DNA of 5,987 nt, taken from contig NW_021829706.1 of NCBI RefSeq assembly GCF_006345805.1, positions 1 through 5,987 on the forward strand, written 5' to 3'. Source of the stretch: Octopus sinensis (Eukaryota). Below, in pieces: positions 5,663 to 5,987 of this stretch (its first letter is position 1; the number at the start of each line of letters is the position of its first letter). Below the pieces are notes generated by a model. The model did not search any database. It was not told the DNA's origin and was given only the letters and a program-made list of their open reading frames with translations. The position numbers were made by a program, and so were the translations under genes.

Positions 5663-5722
5663 TCTAGCATGGCCGCAGTCCAATGACTGAAACATGTGAA
5701 AGATAAAAGATAAAAGATAAAA
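5663..5722 (+). mobile_element. Severely 5'-truncated family A SINE (or partner LINE) 3' tail
   Basis: tctagcatggccgcagtccaatgactgaaacatgtgaaaga followed by (TAAAAGA)n; matches 4148-4197 and the reverse complement of 1921-1977. Confidence 0.85.
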
Positions 5723-5987
5723 AAAATAACATAAATGGTAAACCACGTGAAAAGTTACTTCAAGTTTCACCATCAGAAAAGCTATTTTTTCATTTTATTA
5801 TTTTAAAATCTTTTTGCACATTTTGTTACATTCTTTGAAAGTTGTTAATGAAAATGTGTTGATATAATTCATTTTGAATCCAACCATACCTTCAAAGCTA
5901 ATTTGTTTTCTCGGTTATTGGTTCCAAAGAAGAAAATGACTTCTGCTTAAAAATCGTGATGATATGAAAGAATTTCTATTTGCGAGT

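Overview
AT-rich, non-coding eukaryotic DNA (roughly two-thirds AT by eye) with no credible protein-coding gene. The SINE families match, from memory, the abundant tRNA-derived repeats of Octopus (coleoid cephalopod); this is inference, no search was run. Contents: (i) a cluster of SINE copies at 1578-2916 plus 3981-4197 and a tail fragment near 5663-5722; (ii) one SINE split at its central microsatellite by two insertions, a non-autonomous Helitron-like element (~2947-3298) and a 561-bp fold-back element (3318-3878); (iii) four minimal type I hammerhead-ribozyme-like motifs with self-complementary stem III (442-499, 3659-3716, 4456-4502, and 5625-5659 on the minus strand); (iv) microsatellites and a 16-bp minisatellite (5114-5333). 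The most interesting object is 3318-3878. It has a near-perfect 111-bp hairpin and a 355-bp direct-repeat period. It also carries a hammerhead with the compensatory U3-A8 core pair at the tip of a ~130-nt rod. This architecture suggests a small Penelope-mobilised, retrozyme-like element copied from a multimeric or circular RNA.
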